Shown piece after piece: positions 63,040 through 64,000 of a stretch of 64,000 nt of DNA (position 1 is its first letter; each line of letters starts with the position of its first letter). The position numbers and the translations under genes were made by a program. The DNA comes from Anaerolineales bacterium. GTDB lineage: Bacteria > Chloroflexota > Anaerolineae > Anaerolineales > RBG-16-64-43. The DNA lies in assembly GCA_016932475.1 (NCBI GenBank), contig JAFGCU010000056.1:13787-77786 (forward strand). Reading direction: 5' to 3'. The notes beneath the pieces were generated by a model that saw nothing but the letters and a program-made list of their open reading frames with translations, did no database searches and was not told where the DNA came from.

Positions 63040-64000
63040 ATGGTTCACAGTTTCGACATCCGCGATCTGCCGACGCTTCGGGCGCTTGCGCCCCGCGGCC
63101 TCTGCTTGGATTCCCAAACCGGCCTGACCCAGGACCTTCATATCTTCCGTTCCGCCGTCCTGGCGCAATTGCTTCCGGAATTAATTCCGGAGACCCTGAT
63201 CCTCCGCCGGCCGAATGGCGCGGCGGGGTTTGTCCAGCTCGGTCATCGCCTCGGAGATCCCTCCTCGCGTCTGCGTTTTCTCGCGCCGCGCGAACTCTTC
63301 CCTGACGATAAGGGGATCGAACTGATGGAGGCGCTGACGCGCACGGCCGGACGCAGGCAGGCGCAGCACATTCTTGCCGATGCGGAGGAGAAAACGGAAG
63401 AATCCGGTTTCCTCCGCCGGGCGGGGTTTTCTATTTACGCCCGGCAGGACATTTGGAAAGGAACGGCTCCCTTTCCCCGGCCCCTTTCCGCGCCGAAAGA
63501 GGCATTCCGCCCGTTTCTCGGCGCCGATGCGTCGGCGGCACATACGCTATACTGTTCCATAGTTCCCGCGTTGGTTCATCAAGTGGAGGGATTCCCCCGA
63601 CGGCCGAAGGGATGGATGATTTACGAGGAGGGCGAGTTGGTCGGGTTCTTCCACCAGCGTTCCGGACCGCGCGGATTGTGGATGGAACCCATCTTCCACC
63701 CCGGGGCACGGAATGCCGCGGAGTGGATCGCCTACTGGCTGAGCGTTCTCAACCTCCGGCCGCAGGATCCGGTCTATGTCTGCGTACGGTCCTATCAGGA
63801 CTGGGTGGGGTCCATTCTTCAGGACAACGGGTTCTCCCTGCTGAGCCGGCGGGCGGTTTTCATCCGCCGCGTGGTCGTCCCGGTGCCGCTCACGGAGAGC
63901 CTGCCGCGCGCGGCGGTGGACAAACCCATCCCCCAGACCACCACCTATACGACATTGGTCAATCGAAACGCCTATGACTCCGCAACGACGCATCACCGAT
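63040..64000 (+). CDS. hypothetical protein, 3' end outside window (possible acetyltransferase-like fold)
   Basis: Not in the ORF track. My own read finds ATG at 63040 (2 nt after the pdxT stop) and an open frame to the window end. MVHSFDIRDLPTLRALAPRGLCLDSQTGL...GFLRRAGFSIYARQDIW...LQDNGFSLLSRRAVFIRR. High GC3. Confidence 0.6.
   Translation, partial: MVHSFDIRDLPTLRALAPRGLCLDSQTGLTQDLHIFRSAVLAQLLPELIPETLILRRPNGAAGFVQLGHRLGDPSSRLRFLAPRELFPDDKGIELMEALTRTAGRRQAQHILADAEEKTEESGFLRRAGFSIYARQDIWKGTAPFPRPLSAPKEAFRPFLGADASAAHTLYCSIVPALVHQVEGFPRRPKGWMIYEEGELVGFFHQRSGPRGLWMEPIFHPGARNAAEWIAYWLSVLNLRPQDPVYVCVRSYQDWVGSILQDNGFSLLSRRAVFIRRVVVPVPLTESLPRAAVDKPIPQTTTYTTLVNRNAYDSATTHHR

Overview
High-GC (roughly 60-65% by eye) bacterial chromosomal segment. 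It is gene-dense: about 65 protein-coding genes and one tRNA. There are no rRNA genes, CRISPR arrays, transposases, integrases or phage genes. Most genes are housekeeping: efp, murJ, proC, surE, lipA, holA, holB, hup, clpC, guaA, xpt, recN, nadK, rlmB, cysS, pdxS/pdxT. The gene content (SpoVS, MGDG-synthase-type glycosyltransferase, many WD40/FHA/PP2C and PT-linker lipoproteins) and the repeat style suggest a Chloroflexota/Anaerolineae-like organism, but this is inference only. All functional calls come from motifs read in the supplied ORF translations; no database search was possible. Many start codons were moved downstream of the ORF-track start, which also uses TTG/GTG, using RBS, ATGA/TTGA overlaps and homologous N-termini. 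I see no clear-cut novel system. The items most worth a second look are listed here. (1) An ECF sigma factor split by one in-frame TAG. (2) Two families of intergenic hairpin repeats, one of which brackets a single gene with an exact 36-bp inverted repeat. (3) A vWA-TM-FHA / PP2C-TM-FecR gene pair with no kinase in the window. (4) An operon of two paralogous unknown membrane proteins, a wHTH regulator and an ABC-2 exporter behind a near-consensus promoter and palindrome. (5) A translationally coupled radical-SAM/SPASM, NUDIX, HAD and methyltransferase cluster. (6) A membrane-anchored Cas4-like nuclease in a conserved cysS-rlmB neighbourhood. (7) A roughly 330-nt structured leader with an intrinsic terminator in front of an NMT1-type ABC importer. 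(8) An AT-rich roughly 590-nt non-coding island with a perfect 20-bp-stem hairpin. Long antisense ORFs in the track are GC-driven shadow frames and were rejected.
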